A stretch of DNA of 64,000 nt from Eledone cirrhosa (GCA_964016885.1 OZ024740.1:163122001-163186000), one strand, 5' to 3'. Shown: positions 31,414 to 44,862, counted from the first letter of the stretch. Notes: a model not told the origin generated them from the letters alone. Made by a program: numbers and translations.

Positions 31414-32776
31414 AGTGTGTGTGAATGCACGTGACTGATTGGTTAAAGAATTGGATTCACAATCGTAAGTTTGTGATTTCAATTCCCAGACCAGGTAATG
31501 CATTGTCCTTGAGCAAGACACTTTATTTGACATTGTTCCTTCTGCCTGGATTTGCAGCCGACAGATAATATTAGCAACTGGAAAGCCCAAAAGAAACATT
31601 ATTTCCTTGGTCAATTTGATGAGCTCCACTCCATTCGTTAAGCGAATGAGGTCTGGGATCTTGTCGATCAACTGTCAATATATAATAGTAAAATACTTAC
31701 CAGAACAAATTAGTGGGATTTTAATCCATAAAACAAGTCAAAGAAATGTGATTGTAGTCAACTTATAATCAGTAAATCTTTGGAATTGGTATCCACCCAT
31801 ATCTTCACAATTAACAAGGTTATAACTGAAAAGAATGAAACAAGAAATTGATTTAATGATTTAATATACAAGATTTTTCTGAAGCAAGGTTTGAATGTGA
31901 GTATATGTGGATGGATGAACACGTGTGTATCTGAATACATATAGCAACATTATCATTCTTATAATTGAATTTTCATGCTGGAATGTGTTGGACAAGACAT
32001 TTCAAGTCAATTTTTCTGTTTATATGCCCTTCCCATACATATATATCATTGTTTAACGTCCATTATCCATGCTAGCATGAGTTAGATGAGTTGTCTCATT
32101 TGAGGCACACACACATATATATATATATATCCACCATGTCTTCACCTTATGAACAAGGATTCGGGAAAGAGACTGTTCACACCTCTTGTAGGCTTACTGA
32201 TAACTGGCAAGGCCAATGTGGAAACACCAGATCCAACCACTGTGGCTGCAAGGGATATTCTGCTCTTATTCTGGATTTAGTACTGCTGTGTTAATGAGTT
32301 TTCTTTCATTTCTTTGTCTTCAAGACCAATCTATGCATGCATTCTCAAACAAGAATACTGACTGGTGAATGATATGTTGCTAGGCCTTGTGATCAGAGGC
32401 TATAGCAGACTACTTGACAATGGTCAATGTGACATGTATGAAAATATTTCTTCATAGAACATTTATATCTATTCTTTGGAGTACAGACAATGTAAAGACT
32501 ACAAGAAGAAATCCTATTTAAAATCTACTATATTTAATTTAAACAATAACAAACAACACAGAATAGTTGTAACTTACTTCATTTATTACTTAATTATATA
32601 TTACAATCAAATAAGTTAGAATAATATAAATTTTAAAACAAAGTTCAAAATATTTTGAGTTTAAATTTTATTTTAGCTTAACTTTTACAAATTTTCTGCA
32701 TATTAACAATAACAGTCTTACCACTATTACTTGTATTCACTACTATCTCATAAAATAACTCTACCCTTGTAGTTAA

Positions 32777-33947
32777 TCATCATCATCGTTTAACGTCCAT
32801 CTTCCACACTAGCATGGGTCTGGACGGGAATTGTCCCACTAGAGGCAAGATTGGTTGTCTTGCTCGGGACTGTCTGGCGGGTTTTCTACGGCTGGATGCC
32901 CTTCCTAACACCAAACACATTTACAGTGTGGACTGGGAGGTTTTTACCGTGTTACTTGCATGGCCACATTACAGTGTGGGCTATGTTTTTTTGTTGTGAT
33001 ACCTACACGACCTCATTTATTTAGGACTGGATGTTGTGGTACCAACATAGCTTTACATCGAAAGAGGTGGTGTAGATGGTGGTGGGGTAGGGGTAGTAGG
33101 ACGGGGGTGTATTTTGGTTAGGAGGTGCCTACTGACTGTAGGTTTCGCTTTGTACTTAGGCAAGGCGGGTCTTCTGTATTACTGTGTAGCGCCAAAGATC
33201 TCGGTCCAGTGACATTGTCTTGGAGAGGTGTAAGTGTGTGAGGTCGGAATTTATCAAGTCATCCCAGGTTTTTTTTCTGGGTCTGCCTACTCCGTAGCTA
33301 CCGTCTATTTTGATCGCCCTGCATTTTTTTATACAGCTGTCGTCTTTCATGCGCATCACGTGACCATACCAACGTAGTCTTCTCTCGAGTAAACAGCATC
33401 TGATCCCTCTTATTCCTAATTTCTCATTTAGTTCACTTATGCTTTGTCGTTCGCGTATATTACTATTACACATCTAACGGAGCATGCTAGCTTCGTTCCT
33501 CTCCAGTCTGCGTTGATGCTCTGCACGCAAGGCCCATGTCTCACTGACATGTAACATCACTGTTCATATGCAGGCATCATACAGCCTGCCTTTCATTTTT
33601 AGAGAGAAACCCTTAGCGGCTAATAGTGGTATAAGCTCTCTGAACTTTTTCCATTCCGTTCTGACTCTAGCTACAGTACTTTCGGAGAGAACCCTCCACC
33701 ACTGCTGATTTTGTCACCCAGGTAATGGAAGGTATCCACTATTTCTATAGAACCATCTGGGCAATGGAATGAGCTAGTATTCTGTGGGCATTTGCTGCTA
33801 CTTATTGCACCAGAGCACCGGCCACATATAAAATCTATATTCTTAGTTAGCTTACCTGTGATCCCACCACATCTTTTATGCACCCATACTTTGCATTTGG
33901 GACATAAAATGGAGTTTCTGCCTACTCCTTTCCTACACACTGAGCAT
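32777..33947 (-). mobile_element. 5'-truncated, frameshifted RTE copy starting at the PHD finger
   Basis: ORFs 33671-33940 and 33156-33473 match the copy 1 protein; 3' UTR and (GAT)n tail present. Confidence 0.93.
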
Positions 33948-34629
33948 GTTAATAACTAACACAATAGAACATACCATACCTTTCTATTCACTACGTTAGA
34001 GGGAAATTAAGAACCTATTGCTAACATTCAGTACATCTCAGTAAATTAATTATCCAAATTCACGTCATTGACCCTTTTGTGTTATTTCTCCTAGCTCTTT
34101 AATTTTAATGATGTCTAATTTAGACACAAGGCCAGTAATTTGTGAGAGGGTAAAGTCGATTATATCGACTCCAGAAGGATGAAAGGCAAAGTTAAACTTG
34201 GAACATAGAGGGCTATAACGAAATACTACAATATATTTCATATGATGCACTAACAATTCTGATACTCTACTACCATTTTTAGTATTTATAATTCAAACTG
34301 TTCTTAGCTAAAGTCTTTTCTTATGTATAAACCGATCTACTGATCTGCAGGCATGAACAGATGAGATCAAATAAACCAAAATATAATATATGTCCACAGT
34401 TGTCCCTTGCTGGGAAACAAAGATCCAACTGCTCTTTTCCTAGGCTTGTAATTTTTATTTTCTTGGAATAATCTTCCCATTTCTCTGAGACTTGCTAACA
34501 ATTGCCAGTATGAAAATTTCAATAAATTGAGAATTAAATGCATTTAGTAGATTACTCTTTTTCTTTAATTCTCTGATTTCAACACAGCTCAGACAATACA
34601 GATAGAAATTCTGCCTTCATATTCATTAA

Positions 34630-34799
34630 CTCTAATGATTTAGCAGAAAATATTTAAAAACAGGTTTGTTAATTCAAATGTTTATATTATTTTTTTTCAC
34701 TGTGAAAATTTGCAATAAACTAAAGTAAAGACTATTTTTTAATGTGATACAATCATTGTGCTTGCCAATATGGTTTCATGTGGTACAGGATGTTAAGAG
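34630..34799. mobile_element. TTAA-flanked MITE (family shared with 53009-53224)
   Basis: ttaa-ctc...caggatgttaagag-ttaa; internal taatgatttagcagaaaatat is shared. Confidence 0.55.
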
Positions 34800-35857
34800 T
34801 TAATCCCTATGGTTTATATATAGTTTTTGTTTTGTATTTTTTCTTTGTCTTCCTCTCCATATCTTTAACATCTCTATATTCCTTGGTCCCTATGTTTTGG
34901 TAATCACCCACTTCTTTACACTAGTTAATTATAACAAATCCATTGACCTACTACTTTCCCTATATATATATATATATATATATAGAGCATCACTTACAAT
35001 ATAGGATGATTTAGTAACATGGGCCATGCTTTCATGATCCAGTAGGACAACCATGATGTGACAACTAGAAGAGGAGAGGGTTGCATCAGTACTGGGCTTA
35101 TACTTTCTTTATTGACCCCAAAAGGATGAAAGGCAAAGTGGACTTCAATGGAGTTTGAATACGAAGTACAGAAAGTCAGAATGACTTTCACAATGTAGTC
35201 TATCTGCTTAACTGACAGTTTATTGTCATCATCAATTAACTGCTATTTTCCATGCATGGGGAGACAGTTTGTCATTGAGGCTAGACTGGTCAAGTGACTA
35301 TGTCTTGCTCATATGCTCTGTTTTGGGCTTGGTTTCTATTGCTGGATGGCATTCCTAATACCAAGCAATTTATAGTGTATACTGGGAGCATTTTATTAGG
35401 CATACAGCATTACCACCTTACATGATGGATTGAAAGTTTTTTTCCTGGAACAATATATATATATATATATATAATTGTGTATATATGTATAGAGGACCCT
35501 CAGTTGTGTCAAAGGTGTGACAACCTCTCCTGAGCACTCAGTGGAATGTGAGACTGTACATAAGCAAGGCACAGATCCCTGTCCTGCCCGGGAGATCAGT
35601 GGCTCCACTTCAATACTAACATAGTCTCCATCAACCCGCCCAGTCCTTGCTAGCAGGGAAAGTGGACATTAAAACGATGATGATGTCAATCACGAGTAAA
35701 ATCGTTGGGGGCGGGGTACCCACAGTTAAAAAAAGGTACACAATACATTAGTAGAGTGTAAGCATCATTACTTACTATATAAATGGCTTCTACAGGTCTA
35801 GAAGTGTTTCTTTCATATGAAATCTAGTCCTCTAGAAGTCATTTATATATATATATA

Positions 35858-36134
35858 ATTGGTGTTGGTTGCTTAAAGCGCCCGTATGCGGTAGGCCGTT
35901 TGAGCATTCGATGCTCTCATAGAGCAGACTATGATATCTCAGAAAAAAAGAGAATCAGTGTTGCGACAAATGGAATTTATTGGACATATTACAATCGTTT
36001 CTCTGGTGACCAGCTCGAGGCACGATCGATGTGATGATCGAACCTGACTCTGAAAATCGCAAGGTCCTCAGATACATCTTGATTCTACGAAGCAGAAAAT
36101 CTGCTTCGTAGCAACACTGATTCTCTTTTTTTCT

Positions 36135-36140
<6 letters not shown>
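35858..36140 (-). mobile_element. Penelope-like pLTR remnant between TA tracts, with a short inverted 5' piece
   Basis: ~30-bp inverted repeat (cagaaaaaaagagaatcagtgttgc at ~35940 / gcaacactgattctctttttttctg at ~36111), 12-bp hairpin at 36085-36111, HHR core inside. Confidence 0.7.
35983..36078 (-). ncRNA. Type I hammerhead ribozyme-like motif with ~65-nt stem II
   Basis: Minus strand GATGTAT-CTGAGGA-(long hairpin incl. aggttcgatc/gatcgtgcct)-GAAAC-gatt-GTA-ATATGTC; 7-bp stem I with two G-U pairs, GUA cleavage triplet. Confidence 0.72.
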
Positions 36141-36173
<33 letters not shown>

Positions 36174-37260
36174 AACATACACATGCATGTGTGCACACAC
36201 ATGATTTTTAAAGATACACATAATCAAATAATTCAGGTTACATCACCGTGTAAGTACAGAATTCCCTCTAGAAGATACAAATAATGACATTTTCTGCATG
36301 GCATAGTAGAACTCTTCTAAATAAACATCTAGTCTTCCATATTAAGGTTTGTGCATAAAAAAAATTCTTGCTGTAAAAATATCAAGTGAGAGTAAAGCAA
36401 ACCCACCTTCCTTGTGTAAGGAAAGGTGTTGACGTCGATCAGTCAAAGCTCTTTCAAAGAAGCTGGATTACTAAAGAAAGATGAAAAGATCTAAAAGCTG
36501 CCAGGAAGAATTGTACAAAACAGGAGGACTTGGAAAGCATGTTTATACTTTATGCTTCAAAAGGTTCTTGAAGAGCACTAGGAAAGAGTTTCTTTATAAA
36601 TCATTTATTGGAAAAAATTTCAGATTGTTTGAAATCACAAAATTATAAGTACAGTTTATTAAAACTATTTAGTTAACCTCTATTTATTGAAAACTAAATT
36701 AAAATCAGTATTTAAGTATATCTCCTCCTTTTAGATATATATAAATCTTTTTTTATGCATAAAAACAAACATTTTAAGGTTATTTTCTTTTTTTGCTACC
36801 ATTACTGAGCTTGAAACTTTAATGTTTACTCATTTGAATTGGAAATTTCTATTGAAACAGCTAGCTGCTGCTTTGATTTTCCCTTGATGCTGACCAAATA
36901 TCAATTTTATCTGTTTTAAGTAAACATATTGTATATCTAAAAGAAGCAATATATTAAGAATATTTCAGTCAAATATAAATTGTCTAAAACATTTGCCCTT
37001 TTTTTAAAATAAATTAAAAAAAAAAAAAAAAATCTATATTATTACTGTTATTTAGAAGATATCAAAAGAGTTAAGTATCATAATCCCTACTAAAAGACAC
37101 TTTGTATCTTTGGAAAAATACTTAAACTGCCTAACATTTCTCCTGTATATTCAAAAATCTTAATTATCAATATGTGGGTGCAACATAAGCAAATGGTTAA
37201 GAAGTTCGCTTTACAATCATAACATCTTGGGTCTTATCCTATAGACTTTCACAGTTTCCA

Positions 37261-37292
<32 letters not shown>

Positions 37293-37638
37293 GGTTCAAG
37301 GAAATGACAAAACAGAGGTACAAAAAGTCTTATTAGTTTCACGCTATATATATATATATATATATATATATTACAGGCTTCCACATATTTTCATGTACCA
37401 AATCCCTTTCATTATTAATATTATTGGATAAAGGCAGAATCATTAGAGCATTGGACAAAATGCCTGGATGTACTTAGTTATGGCCCTTTATAATTTTGAG
37501 TTCCAATCCCACCAAGGTCAGCTCTGCTTTCTCTCCTTCTGGGGATCCATAAAAATAAAGTACTAATTAAGTACTAGGTTAATTTAATCAACTATTCCCC
37601 TCTCCTAAAACATGATTTCATGTCATGTTTAGAAGAAA

Positions 37639-37818
37639 TAATTGTTTCTACTTTTGGCACAAGGCCAGCTAGTACCCAGTGCATTACTGGTACTTTATTT
37701 TATCGACCCCGTAAGGATGAAAGGCAAAGTTAACCTTGGCGGGATTTGAACTCAGACCATAAAGGGACGTAACTATGCTAGAAAGCATGGCGTCCAACCC
37801 TCTACCGATACTGCCAAT
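37639..37818 (-). mobile_element. SINE family A copy
   Basis: Reverse complement of 39538-39726. Confidence 0.88.
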
Positions 37819-38233
37819 GGTAAAACACCATACAAACTGCCTAGCAATATTCAGTTACATTTACATTTTGAGTTCACATCCTGCTATGGTCAACTTTCAT
37901 CCTTCTGAGGTTGATGAAATAAAGTACTGGGGTTGAGTTGACTCCCCCCAACAAAAAAAAAAAAATTGATGGCCTTGTGCCTAAAATGAGTTATATACTT
38001 TGTTTTCATTCTTCAAAAGTTAATAAACTATATATCTGTAATATACTGAGTCTAGAAATGATTGATAGTCTTTCTCATTCCAGTTTATATTCAAGGTCAA
38101 TATTTTGACAATTTTCACCAACTTCAAATTCTATGTAAATAAGGTGCTAAAATATCTGGAGTCTTATTTTACAATGAAACAGTTTTTTTACATTTACTAC
38201 ATCATCATTGGTGTTATTTATGCATTCCTTTAA

Positions 38234-38441
38234 CCCTTTAGCAGTTACATTACTCTATTGTATTTTCACAGTAAAGGCTTTACCTCACATAATTATCTCA
38301 CATAATATCAAATCTATGAGATTTTCATATTTATTTTGAGAACAATACCTTAACATCAGTATGAGTGCCAGGTACAGCTGGTTTGAACAGAAAAAGGTGA
38401 GAGAATTCTGGCTAGATATGGCCAGTTTAAATGCTAAAGGA
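38234..38441. mobile_element. piggyBac-type MITE (TTAA TSD, CCCTTTAGCA TIR)
   Basis: ttaa-ccctttagca...tgctaaagga-ttaa; homologues at 42145 and 51015. Confidence 0.8.
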
Positions 38442-39309
38442 TTAAAATATTTCCAACAAATGTTTATAATTTGAACTTTTTTAATATATGAATATCTCAT
38501 ACACATGCACAAACACACATGTTTTCTGACAATACTTTTTCTTTCAATCTTACTTCTGATTTGATTTTATTGCTCTCACTCTCTCTCCCTTCTCACTCTC
38601 GCCCTTTTTTTCCTCACTCTGCTGCCACACACTTATTTGCTATCTCTCCCCCCCCCCCCTCTTCTACTCTATGAATCCCTATACAAATTTCTCTAATTCG
38701 ATCTCTTGCTTTCAACTACTCTTAGCATGTAAGTGGCCAGAAGTAACATAAATTCAAGAAACTTGTTGAAATTTAACATCTAAACATAATGTGTTGATTA
38801 GCTGCCAAGGAATTGGATTTTTGCTAATTTCTCATAGGGATTGGCCTATGTTTGAGTATATACAGTAACTCCCTACACTATCATGTGTGTGTGTAAATAG
38901 TTTGCCTTTGTAAAAACTGGGAACCAGAAATGATATAGTCAATTCCTTCATTATGTTGATAGGGAAGTCTACAGTCGGAGTTAGACTCATGTTTTATTAT
39001 TGTATTTCGATAGCTGTGTTGCAAAAATTAAAACTTTTGTCTTTGCCTTTCGAGCAGTTGAGTCCTTGTTGATTTTTACATTGGCTCACCCCTTCCATGT
39101 TCAGACTTGCAGGATACTAACTACAAAGGTGAATTATTTTTATTTCTTTTTTTCATTTTTGAAATTTTATGGTGATTTTTAGATTTTGTTATCTTTTTTA
39201 ATCATTTCAGTTGTTTTTATACTTATTCAAACTTTACCTCGCTCAAGGTACGAAACTTCTAGTTTGTATTCCATTGTTTCACTATATATAAAGTAATTCC
39301 CCTCTTTAT

Positions 39310-39726
39310 TTATTGGAAGTATCGGTAGAGTGACGGAGAACAAGATTTCTGGCATAGAGCTGTGGCCCTTTACGTTCTGAGTTCAAATCCCACCAAGATT
39401 AGCTTTGCCTTTCATTCATACAGGGTTGATGAAATAAAGTACCAGTAATGCACTGGAATCGATTTAATCAACTTTCCCCTACCCCCAAAATTGTTGGCCT
39501 TGTGCCTAAATGAGAAACCATTATCATTATTTTCAATGGCAGTGGATTGGCAGTATCGGTAGAGGGTCGGACGCCATGCTTTCCAGCATAGTTACGTCCC
39601 TTTACGATCTGAGTTCAAATCCCGCCGAGGTTGACTTTGCCTTTCATCCTTACGGGGTCGATAAAATAAAGTACCAGTAATGCACTGGGTAATTGCTGGC
39701 CTTGTGCCTAAAGTAGAAACAATTAT
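39310..39726 (+). mobile_element. Two adjacent SINE family A copies (older 39310-39525, younger 39538-39726)
   Basis: Same head, centre and tail; the second copy is almost identical to 58558-58743. Confidence 0.85.
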
Positions 39727-40026
39727 CATTATTTTCTTTTGGCATGATCCATTATTCTACAAATCAAACTACCTTTGCTTATAGATGGGTTTCTCTATTT
39801 GTAAAGCTTCCTCTTGGCTAGAAATGAGATAGATAGATACCTTTATAAGCTCTATCTCATTTGTTAGCATATTTCTAATGAAAGACTATGATTTTTAAAT
39901 CATTTTGAAATCAAGAATCATTTACTAGTATCAAAAGGTTATTAAAGTTTTCCAGCTCTTTGGCCATCTGAGTTCAAATCCCACCAATGTTAACTCTGTT
40001 TTTCAACTCTCCAGATTTAATAAAAC

Positions 40027-41833
40027 TGTAGTGACCTACATTCCGCGGGCTCACATACATTCTCTGTGCGTGATTTGGCTCAGTTCAGCCAATCAGCGCC
40101 AGTAGAAGAGGATGTATCCCTACGCGCCCTGAGGAAGAAATTCCCCGCGAAGATTTGAAGAATCTCTCTCTTGTACCGGGAACTTCGAACCAGCAACACG
40201 CATAATGTAACGGTGAGATTTTGCACCCTAGCCTCGCCAGCTTTCTGGCGCAATGGCACATTCCCTTTTGTAACCTCTTTTTATATGTAACTTCAACCAT
40301 ATAAGTTAACAAACATTGTTTGTGTTACATCAAAAATAAACATACATTTCATCTCTAATTTCTGCTGTTGAAATCATTATTATGTTACTCGTGCCTCAAT
40401 AACATCTATAATACATGCTGCTGGAATTGGCGACCTGACGAAAGGAATATTGTAAATACAAAGATGGTAAATAGATCGAGGGACCTTCCCTCACGTCTAT
40501 GTCGACAAGACAATCCAACGAGGATACTATCACTTTACCACACTGTCAACTAACGACCTTCATACTTCTACCCTGTTAAAGTGGTGACCGACGTAAGAAT
40601 TTAACACAGCCCTTCTTTTTTATTCAGTTGAACTTTTATTGCCGCGTAGCCGGCCTTTTCGCAACTTGCGAAAATACAAAATATTCCTTTTAAGATTTTT
40701 GAAAGATTAGCAGTATTTCAAAAACTTTTCGCCACAAGGAAATTTCAAAATGGCTACCGACAGGTCCTGGCTACACTTGACAACAACAACGACAGCAGCA
40801 TCAGCGGCAGCAACAGCATTGTTTAACCACTGACCAACGACAGGGAATAGTGAGATGGTAGCTTTGTGGCCTTACCGACGCAAACCACCACACATCGGAA
40901 ATTTCAAAACGGCTTGTAACTTGACCAACGCAACCACCATACCTTCTGTCTCGTTACCACAGGGACTCAAGAAATTGAGACAGTAGTTTTCTCACCATTA
41001 TGGCGTCAGACGTGGCTGCTATATTGGACTCTGGGTTCTTCAACGCTTGACTGCTACTCTACAGAAGATTCATTGACTTTGCTTTAACAACAAGCAACAC
41101 AACCTTATGTCACACAAGGTGGCAGGACGGTACAATGGCCACAAAAACTCTCAAAAACACCATACATCTAACCCCTAACGGCATTAACAAACTTCTTTTT
41201 CGGTTTTCAGATAGAACTAGTGTCAGAAAGTCTGTACACTGGTGATGTGTGAACTATTTGACTTTGAAAAACTCTGAACTTATTGAGCAATTTCTCTGCT
41301 CCCTCACATACATTCTCTGTGCGTGATTTGGCTCAGTTCAGCCAATCAGCGCCAGTAGAAGAGGATGTATCCCTACGCGCCCTGAGGAAGAAATTCCCTG
41401 CGAAGATTTGAAGAATCTCTCTCTTGTACCGGGAACTTCGAACCAGCAACACGCATAATGTAACGGTGAGATTTTGCACCCTAGCCTCGCCAGCTTTCCG
41501 GCGCAATGGCACATTCCCTTTTGTAACCTCTTTTTATATGTAACTTCAACCATATAAGTTAACAAACATTGTTTGTGCTACATCAAAAATAAACATACAT
41601 TTCATCTCTAATTTCTGCTGTTGAAATCATTATTATGTTACTCGTGTCTCAATAACATCTATAATCCATGCTGCTGGAATTGGCGACCTGACGAAAGGAA
41701 TATTGTAAATACAAAGATGGTAAATAGATTGAGGGACCTTCCCTCACGTCTATGTCGACAAGACAATCCAGCGAGGATACTATCACTTTACCACACTGTC
41801 AACTAACGACCTTCATTCAACTACCCTGCTAAA
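40027..41833 (+). mobile_element. Non-autonomous LTR retroelement (LTRs ~40027-40580 and ~41303-41833, ~720-bp internal region) inserted in a SINE
   Basis: ~530-bp direct repeats with few differences; TGTAG start; PBS-like tggtgaccgacgt at 40582 (tRNA-Trp 3'-end complement minus two C); AAAC on both flanks; SINE A halves on either side. Confidence 0.8.
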
Positions 41834-42144
41834 AAACAAAGTACTAGTCCCATACTAGGATTGATATAATTGACTACCTCCCTCCACCCACCCCAAAAAG
41901 AAAAGTCTAATCTAGCAACTACATTCAAAACAATTATTTGTTAGTAGCTTTACTACTTTGCCACCCTTTATATATTGGTTTAACACCACTACCTGGCCCA
42001 TGGATGCCTTTAGTAGGGTCTACTCTGATAACTTCATCCCTCTATCTTGTTGTGACCACTTTGAAAAGGGTCATGGACACAGATTAATCTATATATATAA
42101 TACAGAGATAGAAATAGGATCAATAAAATTTCAAAATTATTTAA

Positions 42145-42348
42145 CCCTTTAGCATTTACATTACTTTATATATACTATTATATTTTTCTGGTAAAGGCTT
42201 TATCTTACATAATTATCTCACATAATATTTAATCTATGAGATTTTCATATTTATTTTGAGAACAATGCCTTAACATCAGTATGAGTGGTTTGAACAGAAA
42301 GAGGTGAGAAAATTCTGGCTGGATATGGCCAGTTTAAATACTAAAGGG
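42145..42348. mobile_element. piggyBac-type MITE copy
   Basis: ttaa-ccctttagca...tactaaaggg-ttaa, homologous to 38234. Confidence 0.8.
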
Positions 42349-42566
42349 TTAAGCACTCACTAGTTAAAGATTTTATAAATGAAGTTAACCCAAATTTTGA
42401 TTCACTTATAATCTGCCTGAGACAGCAGCAAGTTTAAATGTGTGGCAAAGTACTTAAGTTTACAACAGGTGGCATAATGTATTCAGAGCAGATGGCTATA
42501 TTCAGAGTGAAGCTAATATTCCATTAAAAGTTTCTACGTGAATCTCAGATAATTTTCTATACAATA

Positions 42567-42727
42567 TAATTGTTTCTACTTTAGGCACAAGGCCAGCAAT
42601 TACTCAGTGCATTACTGGTACTTTATTTTATCGACCCCGTAAGGATGAAAGGCAAAGTCAACCTCGGCGGGATTTGAACTCAGATCGTAAAGGGACGTAA
42701 CTATGCTGGAAAGCATGGCGTCCGACA
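42567..42727 (-). mobile_element. SINE family A copy (5'-truncated)
   Basis: Reverse-complement match to the family. Confidence 0.88.
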
Positions 42728-42759
42728 TACAATATATAATGAATCTAAACTATAATAAA

Positions 42760-43010
42760 AGAGGGACTGCGTACGGTTTTTTTTTTTTATCCCGTTAGTA
42801 AAATAAGTTGGATTACTTTGAATAAATAATGAATGAATATTACATAATTTATCTACTAAATTTCGTAAACAAAAATAATTTAAAATTGACTTCTTTTCAA
42901 AGTTGCACTTCCGGTATATCGTTGCCACCACCACCACCACTTCAACTACCATATATATAGAAAGAGAGAGTCTGTGATGTCAACACTTCCGGTGGCGATC
43001 ACTTAAATAA
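42760..43010. promoter_or_regulatory. Promoter-like island with two ETS motifs
   Basis: CACTTCCGGT at ~42906 and ~42984 (CCGGAAGTG on the minus strand) in unique, CpG-retaining sequence. Confidence 0.45.
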
Positions 43011-43060
43011 ACAAACTAATTTTCTGTCACTAATTTTCTCCTAATGCAGTTTATATATAA

Positions 43061-43880
43061 CTAGCAGCTGAGCCCGGTTGCACCCAGGGCCACTTTTTAT
43101 TAAGTTAATAATTTGAAAAATATTATTGTAAGTTTATTATAAAGAAGCTGTTTCAGGGGAAAAAAATAGAAATATGCACTTGGGGCTGGACGGCGTACAA
43201 TGAGAAGTGGAGCGACGTGAAATGCGTTGTTTATTAACAGCGAAATAGCAATGTCGATGATATGCAATTTGAAAAATACTACTTACTGTTAGTCGTGGTT
43301 AACATGTATTAGAATTAAAATAAAAACACGCGTCCCTTCTTCGCAATTTAAGGGTTTTATTTCTTTTGATGGAAAACAGTGACCGTACTGCAGAATCGAT
43401 TTCATAAAACGGTACTGTATGATCGTTAAATGTAGAAGGATGATAGTTTATTAACAGCGAAATAGCAATGTCGATGATATGCTAGTTTAAAAATGCATAT
43501 TATGAAGGTTTGTATGATAGTTTACACTTTTTCCTGAAACTGCTTCTTTATAATATTTTTCAAATTATTGGTACTGTATGTTAACAGCGAAAGAACGTTG
43601 ATGAGTTTAAAAATTTGTATGAAATTGTAAATAACTCAGCCAAGTATTAGAACAGGGGGAAATAACTCACCGAACGCGATAGTAAATAGACCGTTTGGGG
43701 GCCCTAGGGACCACATTTTTCAAGTTAGAGATTTGAAACCTCGTCTATTTGCTTTGTTGGCACTTTTTACATGGGTGTGTAAATTTTCACGTCCGTCCGA
43801 CCACGTCTACTACCATTTAACCGTGCACATCTGAATTTCAACCACCACCCATTTCACAAATATATATTAGATATATTAGA
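43061..43880 (-). mobile_element. Non-autonomous Helitron
   Basis: Minus strand starts A|TCTAATATATCTAATATA and ends with GC hairpin gccctgggtgcaaccgggc followed by CTAG|T. Confidence 0.8.
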
Positions 43881-44429
43881 TTACGTTACTGATTACATAA
43901 GACAGTGTAACAACGTCTTCGTTCAATTTCTGTTTATATTGTCAATTACGATTTTTATTGATTAGTTTGAGGGTGAAGATATTAACTATATTTAAGAGAA
44001 TCTGAGAATCTATAACTCAGTGAGTTAAGTCATGTGATACCTAATTTACAGCTAAGTGTAGTAGGGTAGGCCCCATTGTGTTTGAAAATGTCTTTGTCAG
44101 GGATATAGTACACACAGCATTAGTGATGAGATACAAACTGTCAATTTCTTTTGGTCAGTAAATTGGCATAATATTGACATCACCATATGTTTCTTCTCTT
44201 CACTTCATATAGAAAGAAAAATAGAAACAGCTGTGAGATGAGGCAGAAAGAAAGCATCAAAATGAAAAAAATAAAGTAATTTGCAAAAATTATATAAAAG
44301 TGATCATGAGTTAATTATGTCCTTATATCACATAGAAGATTGTTTAAAATGTGATGGCAGACACTCGTGTGATATTCGAACGAAACAAGTAATAAATACC
44401 CTGCTGCGCATTAACAGCAGTATTATTCA

Positions 44430-44862
44430 TGCCGAGGTTGACTTTGCCTTTCATCCTTACGGGGTCGATAAAATAAGTACCAGTAATGCACTGGGTAATT
44501 GCTGGCCTTGTGCCTAAAGTAGAAACAAGTATTATTCATATATGCTGACACCAACTAGAAAATAATCAACAAAGAATATATTTAAAGAGGTTTTCATAAA
44601 ATACAGTTCTTTTGCATAAAACCATTCCTTGCTGTATTATTTTAAAATTAAAATCGAAAAAAGCAAAGCTATTTAAATAATTGTTTCTACTTTAGGCACA
44701 AGGCCAGCAATTACCCAGTACATTACTGGTACTTTATTTTATCGACCCCGTAAGGATGAAAGGCAAAGTTAACCTCAGCGGGATTTGAACTCAGACTGTA
44801 AAGGGACGTAACTATGCTGGAAAGCATGGTGTCTGACGCTCTACCGATTCTGCCAATCTACC
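44430..44862. mobile_element. Two SINE family A copies in tail-to-tail orientation (44430-44530 +, 44677-44862 -)
   Basis: Family matches on opposite strands. Confidence 0.82.

Noticed and set aside
31545-31700. Unique-looking open frame after a SINE head
   Set aside because: No recognisable protein motif; may be a SINE 3' part or decayed TE.
34320-34600. Possible minus-strand coding exon (QVSEKWEDYSKKIK...)
   Set aside because: Several short open frames, none recognisable, and no consistent splice context.
39538-39630. tRNA gene
   Set aside because: A/B-box-like motifs belong to multi-copy SINE heads with no cloverleaf or terminator.
40085-40553. Duplicated 75-aa and 61-aa ORFs (also 41338-41806)
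   Set aside because: Chance frames inside the two LTRs.
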